This document shows, piece after piece, positions 54,271 through 63,464 of a stretch of 64,000 nucleotides of DNA. Location: NCBI GenBank assembly GCA_964454905.1, contig CAYVTR010000004.1:7309-71308 (forward strand), read 5' to 3'. Positions within the stretch are counted from its first letter, which is position 1. Every line of letters begins with the position of its first letter. A program made the translations under genes and the position numbers. Source of the DNA: an uncultured Woeseia sp. (GTDB lineage Bacteria; Pseudomonadota; Gammaproteobacteria; Steroidobacterales; UBA11654). The notes beneath the pieces are model-generated. The model had not been told where the DNA came from and made no database searches. It saw only the letters and a list, made by a program, of their open reading frames with translations.

Positions 54271-55726
54271 AGAGCAACAATCTATTACAAGTGAAGCTTT
54301 GTATTCAAAGGTAAAATCGACCTTATTGGATCCCTATAATATTTCCACAGAGGATTTAAATCTGATGATGTCACAAATGTTGTCTAAAGGTATAGATATG
54401 GGGGATATATATTTTCAGAATATTCATCAAGAATCTTGGACCTTAGAAGATGGTTTAGTAAAGAAATCATCTTATTCCAGTCGACAAGGAGCAGGCTTCC
54501 GGTCAATCATTAATGAACAATCAGGTCTGGCCTATTCAGAGTCTTTTGAAAAAGACGCTCTTCTACAAGCAGCAAAAGCTTCTTCAAGTATTGCTAAATC
54601 AGGAAAAACAGATACTTTTAGAGTCGAAGGACCAGCATCTAATGGTCATTATTATCCATTTATTAATCCTATTGAATCTTTAGAGGATAAACAGAAAATT
54701 GAACTTCTGCAGACTATTGATACCGCTGCTCGCTCCAAAGATCATCGAGTTAAAGAGGTGGTGGCTTCACTTGCAGGAAGTTTCCAAAACATCTTAATTG
54801 TCTGTCAATCAGGGCGCTTAGCAGTGGATATTCGCCCGATGGTAAGACTGAGTTTAAGTGTGATTGTTGAAGACAATGAAAGAAGGGAAAGAGGAACGAG
54901 CGGTGGAGGTGGAAGAATGGACTATGCTTTTTTTGATGAAAAAAGAATCAAAGACTATGCTTCAGAAGCAGTAGAACAAGCATTAATTAATCTTGAAGCT
55001 ATTGAAGCACCAGCAGGTGAAATGACCGTTGTTCTTGGGTCTGGATGGCCAGGAGTACTTGTTCATGAGGCTATTGGACATGGTTTGGAAGGGGATTTTA
55101 ACCGTAAGAAAACCTCAGCATTCTCAGGTTTAATGGGTGAACAAGTGGCTTCGTCAATCTGTACAATCATTGACGATGGAACCATATCTGAAGCCAGAGG
55201 CTCACTTAATATAGATGATGAAGGAGAACCCACACAGCGTACTGTACTAATTGAAAATGGCAAACTCTGCAATTACATGCAAGATCGATTGAACGCTAAG
55301 CTTATGAAATCAAAATCGACAGGAAATGGAAGAAGGGAATCATATTCCATGCAAACAATTCCTCGCATGACTAATACCTTTATGCAGGGAGGCCATCATA
55401 AACATCAAGAGATTATTGAATCAGTTGAGAATGGAATTTACGCTAAGAATTTTGGTGGTGGACAAGTGGACATCACATCAGGAAAATTTGTATTTTCAGC
55501 TAATGAGGCTTATTTAATTAAGAAAGGAAAATTGGATAGACCTATTAAGGGAGCTATGTTGATTGGTGATGGTCCATCAGCACTAAATCAGGTCACAATG
55601 ATTGGAGACAATCTAGCTCTTGATCCCGGTATTGGTAATTGTGGTAAGGATGGACAAACGGTTCCGGTTAATGTTGGGCAGCCGACCATGAGAATTGAAA
55701 ATCTAACCGTTGGTGGAACTGCTTAG
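54263..55726 (+). CDS. tldD: metalloprotease TldD
   Basis: HEAIGHGLE zinc motif. 487 aa. C-terminal GQP..R block. Confidence 0.93.
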   Translation: MIKEQQSITSEALYSKVKSTLLDPYNISTEDLNLMMSQMLSKGIDMGDIYFQNIHQESWTLEDGLVKKSSYSSRQGAGFRSIINEQSGLAYSESFEKDALLQAAKASSSIAKSGKTDTFRVEGPASNGHYYPFINPIESLEDKQKIELLQTIDTAARSKDHRVKEVVASLAGSFQNILIVCQSGRLAVDIRPMVRLSLSVIVEDNERRERGTSGGGGRMDYAFFDEKRIKDYASEAVEQALINLEAIEAPAGEMTVVLGSGWPGVLVHEAIGHGLEGDFNRKKTSAFSGLMGEQVASSICTIIDDGTISEARGSLNIDDEGEPTQRTVLIENGKLCNYMQDRLNAKLMKSKSTGNGRRESYSMQTIPRMTNTFMQGGHHKHQEIIESVENGIYAKNFGGGQVDITSGKFVFSANEAYLIKKGKLDRPIKGAMLIGDGPSALNQVTMIGDNLALDPGIGNCGKDGQTVPVNVGQPTMRIENLTVGGTA

Positions 55727-56205
55727 CCGAGCGTGGCACTAAGAACTTTCTCAGCTTGTTCTGCCCTATAATTTTTAAGTTGTTTGGCAAGGGACTCATC
55801 TTTCAAAGCCATAATTGATATGGCATATAGCGCGGCATTAATGGCTCCTGGTTTGCCAATAGCAACTGTTCCAACAGGAATACCAGGAGGCATTTGAACA
55901 ATTGCCATGAGTGCATCCATTCCATCAAGTGAACCAGCAATTAATGGAACACCAATAACAGGTATGGTTGTTTGAGCTGCCACTACGCCTGGTAAAGCTG
56001 CTGCAAGACCTGCACCTGCTATAAAGACTTGGATTCCATTGTTTTCAGCCTCGACTATGAACTCTTCTAATTGTTTAGGAGTTCTATGAGCAGAGAGAAC
56101 TCTAGATTCATGTTCTATACCAAATTTATCCAGCAATTTTGAAGCATTAGACATCACATCCCAATCGGATGCGGAACCCATAATAATTGCTACTTGAATA
56201 CTCAT
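55723..56205 (-). CDS. purE: N5-carboxyaminoimidazole ribonucleotide mutase
   Basis: 160 aa. GSASDW, AHRTP and GAGLAAALPGVVAA..T.PVIGVP blocks. Confidence 0.95.
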   Translation of the reverse strand: MSIQVAIIMGSASDWDVMSNASKLLDKFGIEHESRVLSAHRTPKQLEEFIVEAENNGIQVFIAGAGLAAALPGVVAAQTTIPVIGVPLIAGSLDGMDALMAIVQMPPGIPVGTVAIGKPGAINAALYAISIMALKDESLAKQLKNYRAEQAEKVLSATLG

Positions 56206-56279
56206 AGTCTAATTCTACAATGTCTTATTTAGTCTGTCTAAGTAAGATAGAATAAAGACATAAATGTTATTGAAAAAAT

Positions 56280-57602
56280 ATGCATACTAATAATCTCCAA
56301 AAACAGGCCGAAATGGCTTTAAAACATGCTATTGATATGGGGGTCGATCAGGCCAGCGTCAGATTTTCTTATGGGGAAGGGTTTTCAGTAACAGCACAAA
56401 ACGGAAAAATAGAGACTGTAGAAGACTACAAAGATCAAAGTTTTACAGTAACTGTTTTTTTACAAAAATCTATTGGTTCAGCAAATTCAAATAACATGGA
56501 TGAGCTATCTATTAAAACCACTGTTGATAAAGCCTTTAGCCTTTCAAGCTTGACGGCAAGTGATGATTGTAATGGTTTAGCTGATAAAGAACGTATGGCA
56601 AACAAAGCAATTGATTTAGATCTATATCATCCATGGGATCTTGGAATTGATAATGCAAAACAGATAGCAATGGAGTGCGAAGAAGCTGCATTAGAGTCTG
56701 ACAATAGAGTGGTTAATTCAGAAGGAGCAACTGTTGGTAGTTATATCACTAAATCCTTATTTGCAAATTCACATGGTTTTATAGGGTCTAGTGAAGCCAC
56801 GGGACACACAATAAGTTGTGCCGCAATTGCAGAACACAATGGTTCTATGGAAATGGATTATGATTATTCAAGTGCTCGTCATCATGAAGACCTTATGGAA
56901 CATAAAATAATTGGTCAGCGAGCCGGCTTAAGAGCAGTTGAGCATTTAGGCGCCAGAAAAATAAAAACACAAAAAGCCTCTGTAATTTTTTCTCCCAGAA
57001 TATCTGGTAGTCTGGTCAGCCACATAATGAATGCTATAAGTGGATCAAGCTTATATCGTAAATCGTCTTTTTTGTTGAATGCTAAGGACAAACAAATCTG
57101 CCCAGATTTTATAACAATTAAAGAAGAGCCTCATTTGAAACGCGGTTTCTCAAGCAGTTATTTTGATGCTGAAGGTGTTCAAACTAAACAGAGAAATATC
57201 ATAGAGGATGGTGTGCTTAAAGGGTATTTATTATCAAGTTATTCAGCACGCCGACTAGGCATGGAAACGTCTGGCAATGCCGGCGGCCATCATAATTTGA
57301 TTCTAGAACCAACTGATGAACATGATATGGAATCAATGATAAAAAATATGAAATCTGGTTTTCTTATCACAGGGTTGATTGGTTATGGGGTTAATATGGT
57401 TAACGGTGATTATTCCAGAGGGGCAAATGGTTTTTGGGTTGAAAATGGTGAAATTGCATATCCTGTCAGTGAAGTAACAATAGCTGGTAATCTGAAAGAT
57501 ATGTTAATGCAAATTACTTCTGTGGGGAATGATCCTGAAAAAAATGGCTCTATTTACTCCGGTTCTATTTTGATGGACAATTTAATGATCGCAGGAGAAT
57601 AA
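56280..57602 (+). CDS. pmbA: metalloprotease PmbA (TldE)
   Basis: 440 aa, TldD/PmbA-fold protein without the HExxxH motif. C-terminal GDYSRGA.GFWVENGEI.YPV.E.TIAGNL block. Confidence 0.9.
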   Translation: MHTNNLQKQAEMALKHAIDMGVDQASVRFSYGEGFSVTAQNGKIETVEDYKDQSFTVTVFLQKSIGSANSNNMDELSIKTTVDKAFSLSSLTASDDCNGLADKERMANKAIDLDLYHPWDLGIDNAKQIAMECEEAALESDNRVVNSEGATVGSYITKSLFANSHGFIGSSEATGHTISCAAIAEHNGSMEMDYDYSSARHHEDLMEHKIIGQRAGLRAVEHLGARKIKTQKASVIFSPRISGSLVSHIMNAISGSSLYRKSSFLLNAKDKQICPDFITIKEEPHLKRGFSSSYFDAEGVQTKQRNIIEDGVLKGYLLSSYSARRLGMETSGNAGGHHNLILEPTDEHDMESMIKNMKSGFLITGLIGYGVNMVNGDYSRGANGFWVENGEIAYPVSEVTIAGNLKDMLMQITSVGNDPEKNGSIYSGSILMDNLMIAGE

Positions 57603-58841
57603 ATGCATATAAAATTAACAAGTTTAATATTCTTATTTCTATTTTATTCACCCATTCATGTTTTTGGGCATGGAGCAGTGCAAAGAGCATCAGAATTAAA
57701 AGACAGTGAAGTACGTTTGTTTGTTGCTGACAATATGGATGGATCGGTTGTTGTTGTTGATTTCCCAGATGGTGAAATCACCCACAGAGTGTCAACTTCT
57801 CCTTCAATCATGATTCTGGCATCGAACAAAGACAACAAATACATTTATGCAATGCGAGGCAGAGATACGGATAATGATCTTACCAGTATTCTAAGCACTG
57901 GTTTTGATATGAAGGAACAGCAATTTAGGAAACCTCATGTTATTAGAACAATCAAAACCGATACTCCAGGCGGCCCAAGGGACAGCAAAATGGCAACTGT
58001 TGGTGGTTATGACGCCATCTTGACAGAAGGTGAAGCAGAAGTGGTCGTTATTATGTCAGATGATATTGATGGTTATTCTGAGCTAAAAACGAAACGTTAC
58101 AAGATAGCTGAACCTGATCACTATCATTATTTAGAGGGTGAGACTTATCTTTATATAGGGCATCTCTTTAACGGTTTTGTACAAGTCCTGGATCGATCAA
58201 CTGGTGAGGAGGTGAAAAGAATTAACGGATGTCCTATGTTGCATGGTATGACAGAAGATGAAGAATCTGGGCGGTTAATTTTTTCATGCGCTAGAGATGT
58301 TATTGTGGTCGGAACATTAGGAGAAGAAAAAGCAAAACTCATCGCAAGAATTCCTTATCCAGAAAACACAGGAAGAGGTTGTGCGGCATTTCTCAAAGGC
58401 GAGGGTCGTGTGCAATGGTGTTACACAGAGGGCATCATTCCTAGACTCTACCGAGTGGATTTTGCACAAGAACCTTATCAATTTACGACTTTATCGGTTG
58501 AATCCTCAATTCAACAGAATTCTAGCGATGATGGAAAATATTTAATGGTGTTGTCTAAACAAGGTGTTTTGTATTTGTACCATGGTCGGGATGGTAACTT
58601 AATTAAGACAATTCAAGTCTCAGAGCCTTTTCTAGGGGATTGGTTTGAGGACGTGGGTAAAGCAATCCTTCCTGACATTGAATCTCATAATGGCATTGCA
58701 TACATCTCATTGACCCATGAAGGAAGGATTGCTGAGATTGATTTGGAGCAAGGGAAGATTAAAAGATATATTGATATAGGTGGTTTTCCAACAAGGATAG
58801 TGCTCCTTGCTAAAGAAACTTTGGTCGACGCTACTAACTAA
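57603..58841 (+). CDS. secreted beta-propeller-like protein, uncharacterised (possibly YVTN/AztD-like periplasmic metal-binding protein)
   Basis: ATG abuts the pmbA stop (TAAATG), with AGGAG 5 nt upstream. N-terminal signal-like segment MHIKLTSLIFLFLFYSPIHVFG. Repeated VxxD..G blade-like strands. His/Cys clusters (EPDHYHY, GCPMLHG, FSCARD). No confident family recognised. Confidence 0.6.
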   Translation: MHIKLTSLIFLFLFYSPIHVFGHGAVQRASELKDSEVRLFVADNMDGSVVVVDFPDGEITHRVSTSPSIMILASNKDNKYIYAMRGRDTDNDLTSILSTGFDMKEQQFRKPHVIRTIKTDTPGGPRDSKMATVGGYDAILTEGEAEVVVIMSDDIDGYSELKTKRYKIAEPDHYHYLEGETYLYIGHLFNGFVQVLDRSTGEEVKRINGCPMLHGMTEDEESGRLIFSCARDVIVVGTLGEEKAKLIARIPYPENTGRGCAAFLKGEGRVQWCYTEGIIPRLYRVDFAQEPYQFTTLSVESSIQQNSSDDGKYLMVLSKQGVLYLYHGRDGNLIKTIQVSEPFLGDWFEDVGKAILPDIESHNGIAYISLTHEGRIAEIDLEQGKIKRYIDIGGFPTRIVLLAKETLVDATN

Positions 58842-58853
58842 GAGGAAATTATT

Positions 58854-59264
58854 ATGAAAAAGAGCATCAAATTTTTATTTATCAGTTTGATGGCAGTATT
58901 TATTGGAACTTATTCTCAGTCCGATGTATTTGCCCATGCTGATCATGATAAGGACGCTATTATTATACAAATGGCTGATATTATGATTAACCTAGAGCAT
59001 TTTCCTACTGCTGATGAGAAGAAAAAATTACAATCGGTCTTAGATTCTGCCGCATCGACTGATCAGGAGAAAATTATTGCCAATGCGATAATGCATATAC
59101 AACATTCACCTACTGTGGAAGATAAAGACAAGTTACAGCTCATTATGGACAATACAGTTGTAACTTCGACAGTAAATACTCTAGCAAAGATTGTTCAGAG
59201 TTTTTCTCATGGAATCTCAAAAACAGATAAAAGAAAGCTACAGACTATAAAATTCAAAGGATAA
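58854..59264 (+). CDS. small secreted protein with three 35-aa repeats, uncharacterised
   Basis: AGAGGA 7 nt upstream of the start. Signal-like N-terminus MKKSIKFLFISLMAVFIGTYSQSDVFA. 136 aa. No family recognised. Confidence 0.6.
   Translation: MKKSIKFLFISLMAVFIGTYSQSDVFAHADHDKDAIIIQMADIMINLEHFPTADEKKKLQSVLDSAASTDQEKIIANAIMHIQHSPTVEDKDKLQLIMDNTVVTSTVNTLAKIVQSFSHGISKTDKRKLQTIKFKG
58959..59261 (+). repeat. three protein-level repeats of exactly 35 aa within the small secreted protein
   Basis: The H-x-(P/I)-(T/S)-x-x-(D/E)-K-x-K-L-Q core recurs at residues 49-60, 84-95 and 119-130. The upstream Ala (41/76/111) is also conserved. Confidence 0.7.
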
Positions 59265-59303
59265 ACCCATAATTTACTAGACCTAATAATTTCTCTTTAA
59301 TTA

Positions 59304-60179
59304 CTAGAGACCAGTGATGATGTTATAGGCACTTTTGTATTTCTTCGCAGTATTATCAATGATTTCTTTAGGTAAGTTAGGACCAGGTGCTGTTTTATTC
59401 CAGTCAAGTGTTTCTAGATAATCTCGTAAATACTGTTTATCAAAACTAGGTGGGCTGGTTCCTACAGCATAATTCTCGACTGCCCAGAAGCGAGAAGAAT
59501 CAGGTGTTAAAACTTCATCAATGAGATACAAATTATTATCTTGATCCTGTCCAAATTCAAATTTAGTGTCAGCAATAATAATGCCACGCTCTTTTGCGTG
59601 GGAGACCCCATAGTTATATATTTCTATGGCTTTATCTCGTACTGTTGCAGCCAGTTCTGTACCTATGAGATCAATGGTTTTTTGATAAGAAATATTTTCA
59701 TCGTGATCACCGGCCTCAGCTTTCGTTGCAGGGGTATAAATTGGCTCTGGGAGTTGGGCGGCCATGTTTAGATTCTCTTCTAGCTTGATACCACAAACTG
59801 AACCTGTTTGTTGGTAATCTTTCCAACCTGAACCGATTAAAAAACCCCTAACAACAGCTTCTATCGGCAGCGGCTTCAGTCGTTTCACCAGCATGCTTCT
59901 GTTTTGGAAGTAACCCAATTGATCTTGAGGAACAATATCTTCAAGATTGAGATCATCAGTAAGGTGATTAATGGCAATATGTTCTGTTTTGTTAAACCAG
60001 AACTCTGAGAGTTGTGTTAATACTTCTCCTTTTCCAGGGATTGGATTGGGCAGCACAACATCAAAAGCAGACATTCTGTCTGTGGTAACAATAAGCAGAT
60101 GACCTTCATCAACAGAATAAATATCTCTGACTTTACCCTGGGCAATGAGTTCTAGATTTTGTAGTATTGGAGCTTCCAC
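59304..60179 (-). CDS. purC: phosphoribosylaminoimidazole-succinocarboxamide synthase (long form)
   Basis: GKVRDIY, SAFD and IIADTKFEFG blocks. 291 aa. Confidence 0.94.
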   Translation of the reverse strand: MEAPILQNLELIAQGKVRDIYSVDEGHLLIVTTDRMSAFDVVLPNPIPGKGEVLTQLSEFWFNKTEHIAINHLTDDLNLEDIVPQDQLGYFQNRSMLVKRLKPLPIEAVVRGFLIGSGWKDYQQTGSVCGIKLEENLNMAAQLPEPIYTPATKAEAGDHDENISYQKTIDLIGTELAATVRDKAIEIYNYGVSHAKERGIIIADTKFEFGQDQDNNLYLIDEVLTPDSSRFWAVENYAVGTSPPSFDKQYLRDYLETLDWNKTAPGPNLPKEIIDNTAKKYKSAYNIITGL

Positions 60180-60282
60180 CGTATTATTCTATGAATTGAA
60201 AAGACTTTTATCAATAAGGGATTTTTTTTGTATCTTAGGTAAAAGTCAGGAGATAATAAACTGAGACAATTATTACAGGAAT

Positions 60283-60954
60283 ATGGAAAGAAATTTTAAA
60301 ATTGCACCCTCTATTCTTTCAGCTGATTTTGCCCAATTAGGTCAAGAAGTTGTGGGTGTTATTAATGCTGGTGCTGATTTTATACATTTCGATGTGATGG
60401 ATAATCATTTTGTGCCTAACCTAACTTTTGGACCAGTGATCTGTGAGTCGTTGAGAAGGTATGGTGTGGAGGCACCAATTGATGTGCATTTGATGGTTGA
60501 ACCTGTTGACCAACTCATTTCTGATTTTGCTGATGCTGGCGCGACTTTTATTACTTTTCACCCTGAGGCAACGCAAAATGTTTCAACGACACTTGAATTA
60601 ATTAAAGCAGCAGGTTGTAAACCCGGCTTAGCCATCAACCCTGATACTCCACTAACTCATATTGAAGACCACATTGAATCGCTTGATATTATTACAATGA
60701 TGTCTGTCTATCCTGGATTTGCGGGACAAAGTTTTATTCCTGAAGTTCTTGAGAAACTTTCATTAACTAGAAAAATCATTGATGATGCTGGAAAAAATAC
60801 TTTTCTAGAAATCGATGGTGGTGTGAAGGTAAATAATATAGGTGATATAGCTAGATATGGCGCTGATGTTTTTGTTTCAGGCTCAGGAATATTTGGGACG
60901 GAAGACTATCGAGTAACTATTGATTCTATGAGAAATGAATTGAGTTCAATCTAA
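60283..60954 (+). CDS. rpe: ribulose-phosphate 3-epimerase
   Basis: IAPSILSADF, HFDVMDNHFVPNLTFG and VDGG blocks. 223 aa. Confidence 0.95.
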   Translation: MERNFKIAPSILSADFAQLGQEVVGVINAGADFIHFDVMDNHFVPNLTFGPVICESLRRYGVEAPIDVHLMVEPVDQLISDFADAGATFITFHPEATQNVSTTLELIKAAGCKPGLAINPDTPLTHIEDHIESLDIITMMSVYPGFAGQSFIPEVLEKLSLTRKIIDDAGKNTFLEIDGGVKVNNIGDIARYGADVFVSGSGIFGTEDYRVTIDSMRNELSSI

Positions 60955-60976
60955 GCCTCAATAATCGAAGATTTCA

Positions 60977-61005
60977 TTGAAAAAACAACCCTAGATGAGT
61001 AGACT
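60977..61005 (+). promoter_or_regulatory. candidate sigma70 promoter for rplM-rpsI
   Basis: TTGAAA (60977-60982), 17-nt spacer, TAGACT (61000-61005), 34 nt upstream of the rplM ATG. Read by eye only. Confidence 0.3.
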
Positions 61006-61038
61006 AGCCTCCTTTTATTATGTTTGAGAACTATTTTC

Positions 61039-61467
61039 ATGAAGACTATTTCTGCAAAAAAAGAAGAGGTTATAAGGGATTGGTATCTTGTTGATGCCAA
61101 GAATAAAACCTTGGGCAGGCTATCGACAGAAATTGCAACCCGGTTAAGAGGTAAGCATAAGCCTATCTATACACCCCATGTTGATACAGGAGACTTTATT
61201 GTTGTTATCAATGCCTCTAAAATTACGGTCACAGGCAATAAGATGCAAGATAAAATGTATTACAAACACACAGGTTATATCGGAAACATGAAATCAGCAA
61301 ATTTAGCCACAATGATGAAGAAGAACCCAGAAACAGTACTGATGAAATCAGTCAGAGGGATGTTACCTAAAACAAAACTTGGTAATGCCATGATAAAAAA
61401 ATTAAGAGTTTTTTCTGGACCTGAACATACGCACACTGCACAATCACCGAAACCTTTAGAGATATAA
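61039..61467 (+). CDS. rplM: 50S ribosomal protein L13
   Basis: From ATG 61039 the N-terminus [20 protein letters not shown] matches E. coli [20 protein letters not shown]. 142 aa. Confidence 0.96.
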   Translation: MKTISAKKEEVIRDWYLVDAKNKTLGRLSTEIATRLRGKHKPIYTPHVDTGDFIVVINASKITVTGNKMQDKMYYKHTGYIGNMKSANLATMMKKNPETVLMKSVRGMLPKTKLGNAMIKKLRVFSGPEHTHTAQSPKPLEI

Positions 61468-61474
61468 CTAAATA

Positions 61475-61867
61475 ATGGCAACTGAAGTACATTACGGAAC
61501 AGGAAGAAGAAAGAGATCAACTGCTCGAGTTTTTATAAAAAAAGGTAAGGGTAGTATTATTGTTAACAAGAAGCCAATAGACGAATTTTTTGATCGCGAA
61601 ACAGCTCGTATGATTGTTAGGCAGCCACTAGAGCACACTGAACTGATAGGTAAAATTGATGTTACTGCAACTGTAAAAGGCGGAGGCGGTAGCGGCCAAG
61701 CAGGTGCGATTAGACATGGATTAAGTAGAGCTTTATTGAGTTATGATGAGAATTTACGAGCCTCTCTTAGAGAAAAAGGTTTCTTAACACGTGATGCACG
61801 AAGAGTAGAGCGAAAGAAAGTTGGCTTAAAGAAAGCCAGAAAAGCTACCCAGTTCTCTAAGCGTTAG
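61475..61867 (+). CDS. rpsI: 30S ribosomal protein S9
   Basis: YGTGRRK.S.ARV and [16 protein letters not shown] blocks, ends KR. 130 aa. Confidence 0.96.
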   Translation: MATEVHYGTGRRKRSTARVFIKKGKGSIIVNKKPIDEFFDRETARMIVRQPLEHTELIGKIDVTATVKGGGGSGQAGAIRHGLSRALLSYDENLRASLREKGFLTRDARRVERKKVGLKKARKATQFSKR

Positions 61868-61869
61868 AC

Positions 61870-62778
61870 CTAAAGCATCTCTAACATTTTTGTTTTTATT
61901 TTAGAATTTGGGATTCTGCCAATTCCAGCTAAGCTATTATCAAGCATATTCTTAGGCTGTGATGTTGCCGGAATAATGTTGGTAACTGCAGGATTTGAAA
62001 TTATATATTTTAGAAAAAACTGCCCCCAGCTCCCAATATCATAATCATTGCACCATGAAGGGAGAGTTTTACCTCTGATTGAGTTAAATAGTTTACCTCG
62101 CATGAACGGTCGATTAATAATTGTTGCTACACCTTGATCTGCGCAGAGGGGTAATAGTCGATTTTCTGCCTCTCTCTCACCTAATGAGTAATTAAATTGA
62201 GCAAAATCAATGGGTTCGTTAGTAATAATTTTTTCCATTGCTGGAAAAGCATTCGCTTTATAATGAGTAATACCTATGTATTCAATTTCTCCTAATTCTT
62301 TCATTTTTCTAAGAGTAGTAATTTGCGTTTCCCAGTCCAAAAGATTATGTATCTGAATCAGTTGGATTTTTGATGTATGCATTTTACTGAAGGATTCTTT
62401 GATTTGATTCTCACCCTCTAATTTCCCTTTAGTCCAGACTTTAGTGGCTAAAAACAGCTCTTCTTTGCGATCATAATTTTCAATCAATCGACCAATAATT
62501 TCTTCAGATTTGCCATACATTGGTGAGGTGTCTATTAAAGTTCCCCCGTTATTAAGAAGAATATCCATTATGTTTTGTCTAATAGCGAGTAACTCTTTTG
62601 TAGGTTTAATATCAAAAACCCGAGATGTTCCAAGCCCTATAACCGGTAGAGATTTTCCAGTGGATGGAATAATTCTCTTTAACATTTGATGATTTGCAAA
62701 GGCCGAGTTCATTTTTAAACCAGACAGAAGAAAAGCAGCACTTAATAGTTTAAAAAGGTTTCTCTTTGTTTGTTTCAA
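61870..62778 (-). CDS. aldo/keto reductase with N-terminal signal-like sequence
   Basis: AKR tetrad contexts IDTSPMYG (Asp, Tyr), LATKV (Lys) and IQIHN (His). N-terminus [28 protein letters not shown] looks like an export signal. ATGA overlap with rpiA. Confidence 0.8.
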   Translation of the reverse strand: MKQTKRNLFKLLSAAFLLSGLKMNSAFANHQMLKRIIPSTGKSLPVIGLGTSRVFDIKPTKELLAIRQNIMDILLNNGGTLIDTSPMYGKSEEIIGRLIENYDRKEELFLATKVWTKGKLEGENQIKESFSKMHTSKIQLIQIHNLLDWETQITTLRKMKELGEIEYIGITHYKANAFPAMEKIITNEPIDFAQFNYSLGEREAENRLLPLCADQGVATIINRPFMRGKLFNSIRGKTLPSWCNDYDIGSWGQFFLKYIISNPAVTNIIPATSQPKNMLDNSLAGIGRIPNSKIKTKMLEML

Positions 62779-63431
62779 TTGTTTATTATGGTTTCAGTTT
62801 GGTCATCAGTACCGATTATAATTACATCTGCTGGCCTAAGTGCAAAAATGCCATTGGTGACCACACCAGGTAAATTATTAATCTTTTTTTCTAATAAAGG
62901 TGGATCGATAATTTTTAGATTGTGAACATCAAGAATTAGGTTTCCATTATCTGTTGTAAAACCATGCCTGAGTTCAGCTTGCCCTCCAAGAATAGCAATT
63001 TCTCGTGAAACCATAGACTTAGCCATGGGGATAACTTCAACAGGCAGGGGAAAAGAGCCTAAGACATCAACCAACTTTGAGTTATCCGCTATACAAATAA
63101 ATTGGTTAGAGGCATGGGCAATTATTTTTTCTCTAGTTAAGGCTCCTCCACCACCTTTGATCATATGGAAATTCTTAGTGATTTCATCAGCTCCATCAAT
63201 ATAAAGATCAGGAGTGCCAACAGAGGAAAGATCATCTATTGTAAATCCTTCTTCTTCTAGCAGAGCAGTGCTTGCTTCTGAACTTGAGGTAATCAGTTTT
63301 ATTTTATGTTTTACCTGATGCAGTTCCGAGATGAGATAATTAACAGTAGAACCTGTGCCAACACCAAGAACACAGTCGTGTTCAATGTATTCTAAAGATT
63401 TTATGGCAGCGGCTTTTTTTTCACTATTCAT
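62775..63431 (-). CDS. rpiA: ribose-5-phosphate isomerase A
   Basis: GVGTGST, DGADE and [11 protein letters not shown] blocks. 218 aa. Confidence 0.95.
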   Translation of the reverse strand: MNSEKKAAAIKSLEYIEHDCVLGVGTGSTVNYLISELHQVKHKIKLITSSSEASTALLEEEGFTIDDLSSVGTPDLYIDGADEITKNFHMIKGGGGALTREKIIAHASNQFICIADNSKLVDVLGSFPLPVEVIPMAKSMVSREIAILGGQAELRHGFTTDNGNLILDVHNLKIIDPPLLEKKINNLPGVVTNGIFALRPADVIIIGTDDQTETIINN

Positions 63432-63464
63432 AGGAATGATTTATTGTGACATATTAGTGTCAGC

